DNA of 64,000 bases from assembly GCA_030704615.1 (NCBI GenBank), contig CM060731.1, positions 46,128,001-46,192,000 of the forward strand. The letters are read 5' to 3'. Position 1 is the first letter of the stretch, and every line of letters begins with the position of its first letter. The translations under genes and the position numbers were made by a program. This DNA comes from Takakia lepidozioides (Eukaryota > Plantae > Bryophyta). Positions 1-11,484 of this stretch are shown in pieces. The notes below the pieces were generated by a model. That model made no database searches. It had not been told where the DNA came from and worked only from the letters and a program-made list of their open reading frames with translations.

Positions 1-1771
1 AGCGCTGATAACATAATGCTGGTCCTTAAACCTACATTCAGTTTCGTTTAAATTGGATTGTTGTCGGCTATCAGCTTGCAGCTTCTTAGAGACTTGTGTT
101 CCTCCTCTGAGTGTGAAAGCCAGTTGTTGTTACTCAGGGTTCTTGCATTTGTGAGGTATGTTGGACACCTTCCAGGGTACTGTTCGGTCACAAGGGAAAA
201 CCTGAGCTGGACACAAACAGGTGATAATCTGTTGTGATGTTGCAGGCTGTATCATGAGAACTAGATGGGATTGCAAGCTGCTCAGATCAAGCATTCTTTC
301 GTAGCATTGGATCTTTTCTTTTGGCAGTTGGATGCAGTAACGTCATGCTCGGCAATCTTGAGATATCTGGGGTGCTTTGCTTGAGGACATAATTCACAAG
401 GTAAGAACAAACTTGGAAATGCATGCTGCTCAGGGCACTGTTTATTAGGATATTCCCACTCGAGGCTTACCGGTGTAAGCAATGGCTCTGTCACAATGGT
501 AAAATGGATCCTGTTGCAAAATCTTCTCACCAATACTCTCACAAGAGCACTCCTGAACTCCAAACTTGGTTCAACATATATTTGTTTTAACCTTTGCAGG
601 TGGTGTTCCAGCCTACCAGATGGTGAATATGGCAAAGTTAGAGCATACGTCATGTGGTTGTTGGAGAGCAATTCTACCAAAGCAATGTTAAATCTTCACA
701 GCTGCACAGGTGAGGATCAGTCGTGGACAAATATTGCAATATTGCACATGCTATGTTGTCCCTCTCCCCTCTAATACCATGTATTGGGTCATGTGCTAGA
801 AGAATCCTAATCCTGTATTAATTTCCCTATCCAGCGTACAATCCATGTTGCAAAATATCTACAGTCTTCAGGAAGGTCATGCAACACCTTCACAGTAGAG
901 AGCGCTTGTGTTAGAAGGTGTTGCAGGTTTAAATGCAAGGAAAGTCCTTCTGGTGTGTATGCACGGTTAGGAGGTCTTCAAGGAGAGCCTAGTGCAATGT
1001 TTGAGAGCTAGTATATCCCAAGGCTTGCATGGTGTTGCAAGGGAGAGTGCTTGTATGTGCACTTAGGGTTTCAGAGCTTGAAAAGAGGGCTCTTGCATCA
1101 CAAGAGGAGTGTCTTGTGTATGGAAAGAAGAGAATATAGGGTTTTTGGAGCTTTGCAAGGCTTTATGGAGTGAAGGCGTGTATGTTACGACATTTGGATA
1201 GCCACCAAGAGGCTATGGAGTGCTTCTTCTTGCTAAAGTCAAGCTAGATTCAAGGTTTCCATGGTGTGGAAGGAGAGCCAAGGAGCGGCGCGAGCTTGGG
1301 CTTGAAGCACAAGGAAGGAAGAGGGCTGATTTCCCTTGTGAGGAGGGAGTGCATGTGTGGAGCATGCTTTCAGCCCATTGAGCCCATTGAGGCTTGTACT
1401 TTAAGTTTTTGGAGTGCAAGAAAGGAAGGAAGGGGCTGATTTCTCTTGATTAGTCACACTATTGGACAATGTAATTGATAGAATACAGTACAAAGGGTCA
1501 AACTTCCCTATAGCAATAGCTTGCAGCATAGTTTTGCTGCAAACTCTTTGGGTTCTCTGTTGCCTTAGCCAAGGCGGTTGGTGTAATCTGGAAGTGTGAT
1601 CTAAATGACTCTAAATGACTCTACTACATCCAAGATCAGTTGGATAACCAGATGAGAGAAATAGATCATCTTCTCGAACAATTATCAAATATGTCAAGCA
1701 CGACTGCCAGGGCTATTCCCACTATGATGGCTCATGAGTACGTGGAGTTTCAGACTGAACTCGAACTCGAT

Positions 1772-1857
1772 AGAGAGAGAAGACTCCGGCCGTAACCGGC
1801 GTAACTAAGAGCCACTTCACCTTGCAGCTACCACCCCCTTTGGGGGGTGGGCCCTAT
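1772..1857 (-). mobile_element. 86-bp, extremely 5'-truncated copy of the RLE-LINE 3' end ((TC)n tail)
   Basis: Matches ~17435-17524 (agagagagaagactcc...actaagagccacttcaccttgc...ccctat). Flanked by the 8-bp direct repeat aactcgat (1764-1771, 1858-1865). Contains the hairpin ccaccccc-tttg-gggggtgg. Confidence 0.8.
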
Positions 1858-2352
1858 AACTCGATCTGAATATTGGACGATCTGAATATTGGACGAGAGG
1901 TCGATTTGGAAGATGACATTTTGGAAGATGACAATTTGTCAAAAGCTCAAGAACCTATTGTTACATATTACTGTGTGTGCAAGCCTAGCAAACCTTCGCT
2001 TGTATCTAGAGCAACATAGTTGCAATAGCACTACTTTAGTCAATAGGCTTGAGGTGCTTGAAAAAGATCTATCAAATTTGCATTGTCAGTTTGGAACCCA
2101 TCAAACCACACTCATTTGCTACTTTCAATGAAGTTTATTGGCCCTAAGTTGAGCACGGGCTATGCAGTTGCAGCACAAGTACCTTACCTACCGGGTATAT
2201 CTCAGGTCCTGGCTGGGCATAGAATGCCTCTGTAATACCTAACTTAGAAATGACCTAGATTTTTATTTTTATTTTATTTTTAAGGAAAGGGACAGAAGCC
2301 CTGTTGATCAAATTAAATAAGAAGGAGTTACACAAGGGTGGAAAAATAACCA

Positions 2353-2383
<31 letters not shown>

Positions 2384-2769
2384 CTTACTGAGGGGGAACT
2401 TCCCCGGAACCAAAGCGAACATGCTAAGGGAAATGAGCAAAGAAACCCAAAGAGATGACTTTGAGAAGGATGGGTCGAGAGAGTGGTGTGGGGGGCCGAG
2501 AGAGATGTGGTAGGGATGGGGGGGATTAGAAGCAGGATTCACTGAAGGGAAGTAGACAATGTCAGGAAAAAACAATGAGCTAAGTCTTGAAAAGGACTTG
2601 AAACCAGCAGGGAATGCCTGGGGACGATGGAAGTAGATTTTGAGGGTGAAGCATCTCGGAACCATCGCAGAGGCGAATGCAGATGCCAGACTTCTAGAAC
2701 TGTAGTTGCGCGCGGAATTTGAGGGCTCTTGCACGTTTATGGCGCCAGTTGCAATCTCCCTCATCACCT

Positions 2770-5359
2770 TCACCAGGGGACCTCCCATTGAGAGGGGATG
2801 GAATGTTGCCAAGTGAATTTAGAGTTGGAAAAACCGGCGCCAAGCATGCTGCTTTTGCCCCAGGTGTCATGGAAGTCTTGAAGCAATTTCCTCCCTCGCT
2901 GCTCCGAAGTTCTGGAAACAGCTGCACAGACAATTAACCAAGCCTTCCGCCACTCAGTCAACAGATCTTGGTAAATATTGAATAATACCGATCTGCCCCT
3001 GGGGGGTTTTCCCTCATAAATCCAAGCACATCTTGTTTTCGATAAGTTCCACAAGGTAAGCGCTCTAAGAGCAGCCCAAACCGGGCAAATAGTCTGCACT
3101 TGACCCACGGTGAAATTTAGAAGCAACAGAGAAGGTGGGGGGGGAGAGGGGAAGCTATTCCAGCGGGAGTAGAAACCAAGAACCAAGTGCCCGACTCTAA
3201 CAGCTAGATTGCAAAACATCAGGCAATGTTCAATGGATTCGAGAAGAACCGCACAGAGAGCAGTTAGGGTTGTCTTCATGGGTGCGTTCTCTGACTAGAA
3301 GAATTCTATGCACGATTTTCCATAGAAAACCAGATAGCCTGGCTGGTCTGTCTTTTCTCCAGATGTCTCTGCAGATTTTGTCCCATCCTAGGCGGTCTAG
3401 CAGCGGGATGTTCCATTTTGCTTTCCACTGAATTCAAACGAGCGGGAGGGGTTTAGGAGAGAGTATCCCTTTTTCACAGAGTACGCAAAGAAAGGGGTCT
3501 TTTTCTTATCCATCCATCCCCACTCCCCGGGATCAAATTGCAGGTCCACCAATGGGCAGCTCAAAAACCAGGCGAGGTTTTCTTGTCTCGCCCATTGGGT
3601 CTCCATACCTTGCGGGGGCAGCGGGTTTGGGTTGCCCAGATTATCCAGAACTCTGATGTGAAAGAGGCTGCAACCTCAAAGCCAGGGTCTTTGCGATAAT
3701 CTTGTAAGTTGAGTTTAGCAAAGTGATTGGCCGGTAGTTGGCCATATCTTCTCTATCTCCTTTCTTAAAGACTAGAGTAATGAGACCTTCCGCCATCTGC
3801 GAGGGCATTATCTGTTTTACCAGAATATCATTAGCCATATGGAGGAAGTCCTCCCCAATTGTATGCCAAAGTGCTTTAAAATGTTCAATTGGGAGACCAC
3901 CCAGTCCTGGCGACTTTTGTGATGCCAAAGAGTTGACCGCCTGCCCCAATTCATACACTGACAAGGGGGCCGCCAGGTTTGATTTGTCCAGTTGAGAGAT
4001 CGAGCAGGGGATGTGGTGCAACAAAGCCGCTGCTGCTTCATGTTTTTGCTGCGAATCATCTTGCTTTTGAAACAGAGCTTGAAAATATGAGGCTGCCACT
4101 TCTGCAATGATTTTTGGCTTATCTACTCGATGTCCATCTGCATCTCGCAAAGCTGGGACCATTGTGGCAGCTCGCCGCTGCGCAGCCTTAACAAAGAAAT
4201 ATCTATTCATCTTTTCCCAAATAAGGCTCCAATTGACTCCAGCTTTGACTCTGGAGAATTGCTCCTTGGCATGTAACAGCGTGGAGAGATTTCTCTTGGC
4301 ATCCTTGTAAGCAGATATGGTGTGCGCTCCCTCCAGACCCGATTGTAGCTTGAACAGGCAGACTTCTAAGCACTTAGTCAGAGCATTTTGTCTTCTAGTA
4401 TTGTCATCTGCCTTTTCCTTTGCCATGACTTTACAAAGGTCTCTTAAAAGTTCCATCTTCGCCTTGAATCTGGCAGTAGGAGAGACTAGCTGGGTGGTTG
4501 CCGATTCCCAGGCATTCTGAAGGGTCTGTATGACGAAGGGGTCCTGCAACATGATTGGGTTAAGCTTGAAGAAACCCCTGCCTCTCACCTTGGACCCTGG
4601 GGTGTTGAGCATCAAATGCACCATGGCATGGTCAAACTCCGGGAGGATAGGCTGCAGCGGGACACTGGTTGACCACGACTTCAGAGTGTAGGAGCAATAA
4701 AATCTGTCCAACCGAGCCTGGCACAAGTGAGGGGGGTCCCTGTTGTTCGACCATGTGAATTTCAATTCTCCCTGGCTTGGAGACGAAGCGTCGAGCAGCC
4801 CCACTAACAAGCACAAGGCATCCCAAGTGTTCTTTTCTGTCATGGAGAGACCATTCACCAATCTCCCAATCTTGTCTCTTTTATCCTCCACTATATTGAA
4901 GTCGCCGCCTAACAGCCAGTGCTGGAGATGGTGTCGCTGCTGCATGTTACATCTGATCTGGTTCCAGAGGTCTATCCTGTTTTCCTCCCCATTTGGAGCA
5001 TAGATGTTTAGAAACCCCACCTCCCCCAATGATTGACCTATGTTCAAGACAAGAAGCTGCACTCTGCCTTGCAACCAAATCTCATGGGAGATAATGGATT
5101 GTTGTAAGGAGGGGGAAGCAAGGATTGATGTGCCCCCTCTGGAATCCGAGATGGTGGGATTCCAGAAGGCAGTGGCCGCTGGCCAAATGGAGGCACCAAG
5201 GGAAGCAATTTTTTGTTGATTTAATTTATGTTCTTGGAGAAAGATTATATTGGAACCACGTAACAAAGTGGAGGCCCAAGCTCTGACCCTTGCCCTTTTG
5301 GGGGCAGAGTGGTCAGAGCCGAGACCTCGCACATTCCAGGAGACAAGAGACAGATTCAT
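2770..5359 (-). pseudogene. L1 ORF2: APE endonuclease and RT start, deletion at ~3660, then zf-RVT C-terminus
   Basis: Motifs WNVRGL, LQEHK, NIYAP, GGDFN, ARLDRFY, SPGLGG, NYRPITLLNSTYKIIAK. The sequence then jumps to DPGEWGW..YSVKKGY, ESIEHCLMFC and LWNLSKTRC. Confidence 0.88.
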
Positions 5360-8300
5360 GTAAGTGTGATTATCAGGCCCACGCTTTTTGCGTGACTTGA
5401 TGGCCATTGTGGGAGGAAGAAATATTTTGAACGCTTATCGGATGGTGGCGGGGTGGAGAACCACTTAAACCCTTGTGGAGGATGGATCAAAACAGGGAGC
5501 TGACAGGTGAACACAATCGTTGCCTTTTTTCGTTTACAGTTGTTTTGAAAAGGTACGAAGTGGGTCCCTCCGTCTCTAAGAACTGAAAACATGTCTGCAG
5601 AGATGTCCCAGGCTAGAGCTTTTGAAAGGCGGGAGAGAGATTGTGGGGAGGATGGAAGGCCTGCTGAGGTCCACTAGGCTGGCAGGATTTTCTGCTTATG
5701 AACACTGTCCAGCAGCAAAGTCCATACCCGTTTACAGTCTGAGTGGTCAAGCACATAAAAGAAGAGGGGGGAGCACGCAGTAGAGATGCTCGCCTGTGGG
5801 GGTGAGTCCACTATCTCTTCCGGTAGCAGAAAGGTGATGGCTGGATCTGCTGCAGCATTGGAGGATGCATTTGAGTGATTCGTGTTTGCCAGCACCATTT
5901 GTGTGTTGAGATTTGGCTCCTGCTAGGGTTGCCCAGATTGTCGCGGCCCTTTGCCTTGAGGGCAGGGGGTCGGGACACATGAGGGGCTGCCCCTGTGGTG
6001 GGGGCAGCGGCAGCGATAGGTATGGGGGGCTGAAGCACCCTTGAGTGCCCAAGGCACTCAAGGAGGCGGAGGCGCTCACTAGGTGGAGCCCCGCACACCG
6101 GGTTGCGGTGGAGGTGGCTCCACAAGGGGTGGTGGTAGCTTAGTGGGACTTAGTGGGGGTGGCATAGGACTCACCATGGGGTGGAGACCTCGAGGTGGGA
6201 GTCGTGGGAGTCTTGGGACTCATCACGGTCCATTGGGGCCGCGGTGAGTGGGCCAAGACTCACCGCGACTCACCACCGGGAGTCGAGGGTTTTCGTGGTG
6301 GTTCGCCATAAAATGGCATGGCTGGTTATGAAACCCCCGCGGACAGCTACAGAAGTATATATAAGGGAGTAGTAACCCCGAGAACGGTGCAAGCCCGTTG
6401 GTGACCAAAAACTAGTGAGTAAGCGAGCGAGCCGGAAAGCGACCAAAGAGTGGGGAGCTGTTCCGGACTGCCATCTACCAAAGGGAATTCTCCTAGTCCC
6501 AAATAGGTGGAGGGTTTAGAGGGAAGCGGAAGGGGACCGTTATGTCCCGGTGAGCAGCCGAAACTCCAAGTTGGCCCGGCGGTCAGGTTGGGAGTCAGGC
6601 GCGCGCATCAAAGCGAGTAACTATGACTTGAAGGGGAGTTTACCGAACTGAGGTGTGCGACACAGATTCCGTCTGAGGATGTAGCAGCTGGTAATGCTCA
6701 TATACCAGCTTGGAACCAACCTCCATTATTTTCGTGCCTCTTGCCCACTCAATGGGGTCTTTGACTCTGCAAGACAGGTCGTGCTTACTCACCCAAATCC
6801 ATGAGTTATGAGCCCCAGAGGTATCCAAGCCCCTACCGAAAATAACGGGCATGACATGAACAACAGCAAGATCTGAAAGAGAGGCAATATTTTCAACCAT
6901 TATGCCAATATGCTCCATATGAGATAGAGTCAGGTTCAGTTTTGGAAAAAAGTCCTTGAGAATGTTTTGCGTGAGGGTCAATGCAAGCTCTCTTTCTTTC
7001 CCAATGTCGAACTGGAAAGCCAGAGCTTCCGAAACCCATGCAGACTGGAATCCTTCCTTCACACTTGGCAGGAAGAAACTGGTGTAATCATCTACAAAAT
7101 TGTAGAGCAGGGGGGTGACACATATTGCCGCCTTTTCTCTCTCAAATGAGGAGCCTGGTTCCCACCCTGGCAGGGGGCTGAGCTTGAAAGAATGCAGCTC
7201 CAGAATCGTTATTGCCAAGCTGGTAGAGTCTAGCTGCTGCATATCAGAGACTGAGAAAGGGAAGGAACCCCAAGCCTCCATGATGCGCATTGGGAAGAAG
7301 CCCGATCCTGTTGGTTTAATGGGGGACACCGCTTCAATCAATACGGAGCCTCTTTTTCTTTTCTTGGAATGTAGCATGTCAACCATTGCTTGATCATCTG
7401 AATTTCTATGAGCTTCTTTCTCCTGCTGCGTTTGATTGGCCATGGAGGTATCAAGTAGCTGGGAGGAGCCGTCCTCCTTTCTTGTAAACTCGATGATTGG
7501 GCACTCAGCCTTGATATGCCCTTCAGCATTGCAGTGGTAACAAATCACCGAGAGAACCTCCTCTTTCACTGCTACTACAATGTAAGAGTCATCCAGGGTG
7601 GGGAGTTTGATAGAGGTGCCAATGGCTGCGTTTTTAGGCATGAGCACAATGATTTTGGGGATGCCAATGTCCTCAGTAGCCTGAGAATGTGTGACCTTGG
7701 TATCAACATTGAGAATTTTGTCCTGAGCTGGCTCCAGAACATTGATTGCCCCTATGAATGAGCCAAAACTGGCACCTATCTCTGGTAGCGAAGTCAGATA
7801 CGTGGGAGGTAGCAAGGGGATGGCAATGACTCTCGGCTTCCACAAGATGCCTTTCTTGTGTCCCCAATCCTGGGTCCAAGGAAAAATGTGGACTTTGGAG
7901 GCGGATGTCTGGGTGTTGAAGCGCAGAGCCTTTTCTGCATCTGCTGGCGAGCTGAAGATGATAGTGTAGAAGCCTTTCCCCATTGAAAGGCTAAAGTGTT
8001 GTGCCAATCCACCAGCAGTTCCTAGGTGCTCGATAATCCAAGTACGAATGGATTTTCTCATCCGCAGCTTTCCAGGGAAGTACAGGAGGATGCCTGTCTT
8101 TGTTAACTTTTGCACTTGAGTCTACAGCTTAGCTTTGTTCAAATTTATGACAGGCTGCTCCTTGTCTTCTTGCACCGTTGTGTCCTCCCATGCGTTTTCA
8201 GTCATCAACGGTGAGGGCGGGGGGGCAGAGCCTGAGGGGTCCTTTCCTAGAATGGAGGCAGCTTCGACTTGCAGCATGGAAGATTTCCTGGTCCAAATCT

Positions 8301-8385
8301 GATTTTTGGCTTTCGCTGTTGGAGACAAAACGCCGGACATTCCTCCACGTCTCGCTTTTCTGGAACCACGGCCTCTGGAATCCAT
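5356..8385 (-). pseudogene. L1 ORF1 (N-terminal domain, CCHC knuckle, long C-terminal extension); two in-frame stops and an LTR insertion
   Basis: ORFs 8122-8385, 6640-8115, 5674-5898 and 5356-5592 share one frame once the LTR plus one TSD (729 bp) is removed. Knuckle CYHCNAEGHIKAEC. The stop overlaps the ORF2 start as ATGA (5359-5356). Confidence 0.82.
5939..6662 (+). mobile_element. Solo LTR of the chromovirus family at 30412-37369
   Basis: TGTCGC...GCGACA termini, 5-bp TSD cagat (5934-5938, 6663-6667), and high similarity to LTRs 30412-31139 and 36645-37369. Confidence 0.95.
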
Positions 8386-9379
8386 GGGACAGAACTGCGA
8401 TTAGCAGGCGTTTCAGGTAGACGGCAGGCGCGAGAAGTAAGAGTGGGGATAAGAATTAGAGCGGAGGGAGGAGATGAATGAGGTAGTGAGTGGAGAGGTG
8501 GGGTAGACGTGGATTATGCCAGGGAACGAAGTGGAGTGAAGACCGCAAATGCGACAAGCTGTTAGAGAAGAAAGATAACTGATTCAGCTGAATGCATGTA
8601 GAATTGCATCAACACCAACATTTAGAGAAAACACATGAACTCGCCTCAATCCTTGGTCTATGCAACAGATATGAAGGGGTTAATAGAAGAAGAGAAGTCT
8701 TCCCTTCTTGTAGAGAATGCATGACAGCTTGGCAGCGTCTCCCTACTGCACTCTTTCAAGGCTCATTATGAGCCACTGCATCGAGCAGACCGTAGCAGGC
8801 CTCGGGGAGTCACCGATTAGCGACAAGAGCTTAAGTGCCTGAGACAATGGCAGAGTAAGGGTGTGTGAGCGTGGCGGCTCATTAATCCAACATGGGAAGC
8901 CGGGGGGGGGGGGGGTGTGGGAAGAACTCTGTTGGATCTTATGAATGAAGAAAGACTTGAGAAGAGAGGCACATGAAGATGAACACTGGGAAGATGAAAT
9001 CTCAGCAGATGCTTTAGGTTTTCCTTTTTCGTCATTGCTTTGAAAGAGAGCGCAGGGGGGGAGATGGTAGGGGTAACGTGGCAGGACTTGCTCAAGTTAC
9101 CGCCTGAAGGGGGAACTTGACTTGCAAGAGAGATTGAGGGGGGGGAAGCAGGATGGCCTTTGCATCGTGAGACCCATTCCTGCTGAGGGAGAGGTTGGGG
9201 AAAGCGGCTAAGTCCCAGGATACACTCACCGCAAACTGCAGAGCGCCATCCCGAAGCCCACGATACCTCTTCGATTGTCCCTAGACTGGATAGTCATTAT
9301 ATTTATAAAGGTGATGTAAGTGGGCCCACAACCTCTCTACAAGTTACTGGTTACATTACTGGTTACATTATCTCTACTG

Positions 9380-9870
9380 GTTAACTTTTCTCTACTCCCA
9401 ACCATAAAAGAGGTTCGACTCTGCAGTGTTTTGAACTCAAGTTTGAGTCTGAGTATGTGGAACTGCAGGAAACATTATGGAACAAATGTCTAATGGAAGT
9501 CTCAGAATGAGACCTGATCTCGTGCATCTGCATAACAACTCCATCAGTAATGACATGATCTCTTACTCGGCACATGCAAATCTGTCTATTCCACTTGATT
9601 GTTGTACAAATGAGTGCTAAAACTTCCGCTCAACATTATCATGAGTACCCAGTGCGAATGGACCTCACATCTAAATAGAGCCCCACTTTCACTGCAGAAA
9701 GTCTAGCTCACTTCACTTATCTCATAGATTATGATTGTAAGGAGGGTGACTCCGAAACAATACTCTCGATGTGCGCGGTGTGGAGATGTAGGTAAATGGA
9801 GTTGATTCAGTAGCTCAGAAGGAGAATAAACCGTCCACACTGCTGTCTCGTGCTACCTGTGCATAAGAAC
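9380..9870 (-). mobile_element. Possible highly decayed Copia remnant (RNase H C-terminus and PPT)
   Basis: Minus-strand pieces RVRDHVITDGVV and FHILRLKLEF followed by purine-rich ggttggggagtagagaaaag. Weak. Confidence 0.3.
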
Positions 9871-11484
9871 GAGCGGGTCTTCTCGTCGTTTCCCGCGAAG
9901 ACACAGTCACAGATTGACCCTATCGAAATACTCATGCAAAAGACCCAGCCAGTACCGCCATGGAAGACTCCAAAATTTGCCCTCAGGGCTGATCAATCTC
10001 CTAAAAACAGTGTGAAAATTGAGCCAGAGTACTCGACCCCCAAAGACAAGGCAGCAGAAACAGCAACAAAGCATAATCAACCAGACAGACAGACATACAA
10101 TGGGGCAAAAACTAGATAGTGACGCAGAGATAAGGGAGACAAACAAAGCAGAAACAAATGGGGAAAGAAAGCCTGTGTGGGAAAAATTTAGAAACCTTGT
10201 GCGAATACATGATTGAGTCTAATATGTAGAGCAGTTTCATTCGGCCCAGTTAATTCTAGAGTGGTCCAGGAATTAGCGTGGTCCAGGAGTTAAAAGAGGG
10301 GGCCAATGTATTAAGGCCACTTGTTATTTAATGAAATGAAGGGTCCAAAAATTAAGGATTGACTTTCTAGCATGGGCTTTCTAGATAGTTCTAGTTCTAG
10401 TTGACTTTCTACATAGTTCCAGTTTCTAGATACTTCTACTAATATGTCGGTCCGGTGAGAAGCAACTGACTAGTTGCTTGTAACTTGTGTCTTCAACATG
10501 CTGGCACAGGCACTAGTAGCGTGTCTCACTAGTGGTTTGAGAGCCAAAGCCAACGTGAGTAGTTGTTTGCTATGTTGGGGGTCTGGCCCGGTATGGCAGG
10601 TAGGACCAAAGTGGCTGCAAGAGGGAAAGACAAGGCGGCGGAGGGTGCAGAGAACTTGTGCAGAGAAGTCATAGAGGCAAGTGTTACCTTTATTCCACTT
10701 GATTTAGTGACACTCACCATGCATTTTAGTGATTGGTGGCTTCATGTATAGCAACCTGCTGTAGGTTGAGTCTCGGTTCTCATTTATGCAACTCTTGCGT
10801 TATCCACTTTTCAAACTTTCTATACTTTATTAATAAAGTTTGACACTCGACCATCCAACAATTAAAAGAAATCTCAATATGTATTTTTGAGTCTACAAAG
10901 ATCCTACGTGAAAACAAAGGCGAAAACCAACAGATCTTCTCTTCAATAGGCAGCAGTCAAACTAGTTAAAAAGAGCGGCGAGACGGCGAGACCACAAGCC
11001 CCACAACGATTTGTCGACCATCAAAGGGGATAATAAGCTGGATCCTCCATGTATCGGGTGCCCACTTGGGTATTGGGGAAGGTGTACCATCCTACTGTAG
11101 GGATATTGAAGCCCGTGGGTTACACACAATGTGTGCTCTGCCTCTTTTCTACATCACGCAATCGGTGGAACACGAAGGAAGACAATCCTTGCCAGGCACC
11201 AAAGTGTCCGCGCTGAAGATGTAGCAGCTGAATTTTGGCAATGGGCTTCCAAAGAAAATCCTGCAGTGTTCGGTACTCTCTATCTCCACCTCTCTCTCTA
11301 TCTCTCTTTGTTTAGTGGTAATCGACCAAGAACCTGTACAATTGTATGCTCCTTTCCGGGAGTCCAATTGAAAGAGGTGTAAATTTGGGCATTGATCTGC
11401 GGGTGTTTCTGATGCAGGGCGGTCGTATTTCAAGTCTGGAATCAGACCGAGTTGTTTCTTGGGCATCACAGTGGGGCCAAGGGT

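Larger units (their letters stand above)
2257..9280 (-). mobile_element. L1-clade LINE with ORF1 and ORF2, RT internally deleted, solo LTR inserted; 5' boundary approximate
   Basis: ORF1 zinc knuckle, ORF2 APE endonuclease, C-terminal zf-RVT-like region, and an A-rich (TAAAA)n tail at ~2257-2283 on the minus strand. Confidence 0.88.

Noticed and set aside
1-1450. Short ORFs (282-680, 496-774) and purine-rich repeats
   Set aside because: No convincing motif. Possibly decayed TE, but not assignable.
3628-5939. Shared gggttgcccagatt near the L1 deletion and at the LTR insertion site
   Set aside because: Positions do not explain either junction; likely coincidence.
5747-6408. ORFs within the LTR copies (also 30347-31108 and 36482-37358)
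   Set aside because: GC-rich LTR sequence with frames that vary between copies; no coding signal.
10225-10860. Solo-LTR-like segment (tctag repeats, aataaa, ends caaca)
   Set aside because: No TSD or second copy found in the window.
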